From Vitrella brassicaformis CCMP3155 (Eukaryota > Protista > Chromerida), in contig CDMY01000423.1 of the NCBI GenBank assembly GCA_001179505.1, positions 1 to 64,000 of the forward strand: 64,000 nt of DNA. The letters run 5' to 3'. Of this stretch, positions 63,501 to 64,000 are shown one piece after another. The first letter of the stretch is position 1. Every line of letters begins with the position of its first letter. Made by a program: the position numbers and the translations under genes. A model generated the notes under the pieces. The model had not been told where the DNA came from and made no database searches. It was given only the letters and a program-made list of their open reading frames with translations.

Positions 63501-64000
63501 ACAACTGCCGCAGCTGCGCCCGTTCCCAGTACGACAAATCCTTGGGCAAGCCTGCATAACGTGAGATCGGCAAATCGACAGAGACACGGCTTCGGGACCA
63601 CCTCCAGACCCTGGGTACCGAGAAGGTCGAGCAGGTCTCCCTCACATCTGATGACACTCCATCCCAGCCCCCCTGTATTCGTCACATTTCCATTCAACGA
63701 GCGTACACCACGATCATTGGCGCGTCATTCAACTACCGTCTCTCCCACCGGTCCTCTGTATGGGTGTGAGTTCAAGAGTCGCCCGTCTGCCCTGTATGAA
63801 GGGGCTGCTTGTCTCGCTGTCGGCAGCAATGTCCTCCGCTTCTTCGGGGGGCGGCAGCGGACTCAGTGTCGGCGCAGTGAGGTGCAGAGTCGGCCGCCAT
63901 GACAGCGCCTCCTGGGAAAGGGGAGTGCTCTGCAGACAGACAGACAGACAGACAGAAAGACAAACCGAGCACACACATCCACCGATGGCTTGAAGTGTTT
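45552..64000 (-). CDS. Axonemal dynein heavy chain (probably inner-arm type), many exons, 5' end beyond the window
   Basis: AAA1 GPAGTGKTESVKDLAK and CFDEFNR; KHYDWSLRALK; AAA2 [32 protein letters not shown]; AAA4 ALLLGPTGYGKKSL; RRWPLLIDPQ; WVILQNLHLA; C-terminal CPVY...ARRGVAIVLT*. Confidence 0.97.

Overview
Intron-rich, GC-rich eukaryotic DNA. The short introns are packed with (CA)n/(TG)n, (ATGG)n, (CAGA)n and (CAGT)n microsatellites. Style and gene families suggest a chromerid alveolate, probably Vitrella brassicaformis (inference). Most ORFs in the six-frame track are microsatellite or antisense artefacts, so I rebuilt genes by splicing by eye. In order: a tandem cluster of divergent protein kinases with decayed copies (1-7.4 kb); a lineage-specific protein with a frameshift (8.9-11.4 kb); BRCT-PolX DNA polymerase (-) head-to-head with TGS1 (+); a secreted protein with Cys-rich apple-like repeats; a multi-pass membrane gene between two ~600-bp direct repeats; IFT88 (-) head-to-head with a penicillin-acylase-family Ntn hydrolase (+); a small orphan; PPWD1 (-) head-to-head with a 7-exon microbial (type 1) rhodopsin (+); a claudin-like tetraspan protein (-); and an axonemal dynein heavy chain (-) running off the right edge. 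The best lead is the rhodopsin: 8 predicted TM helices, intact retinal Lys, an atypical helix F and no visible effector domain. No rRNA, tRNA, CRISPR array or autonomous transposon was seen. Exon boundaries are manual and approximate.
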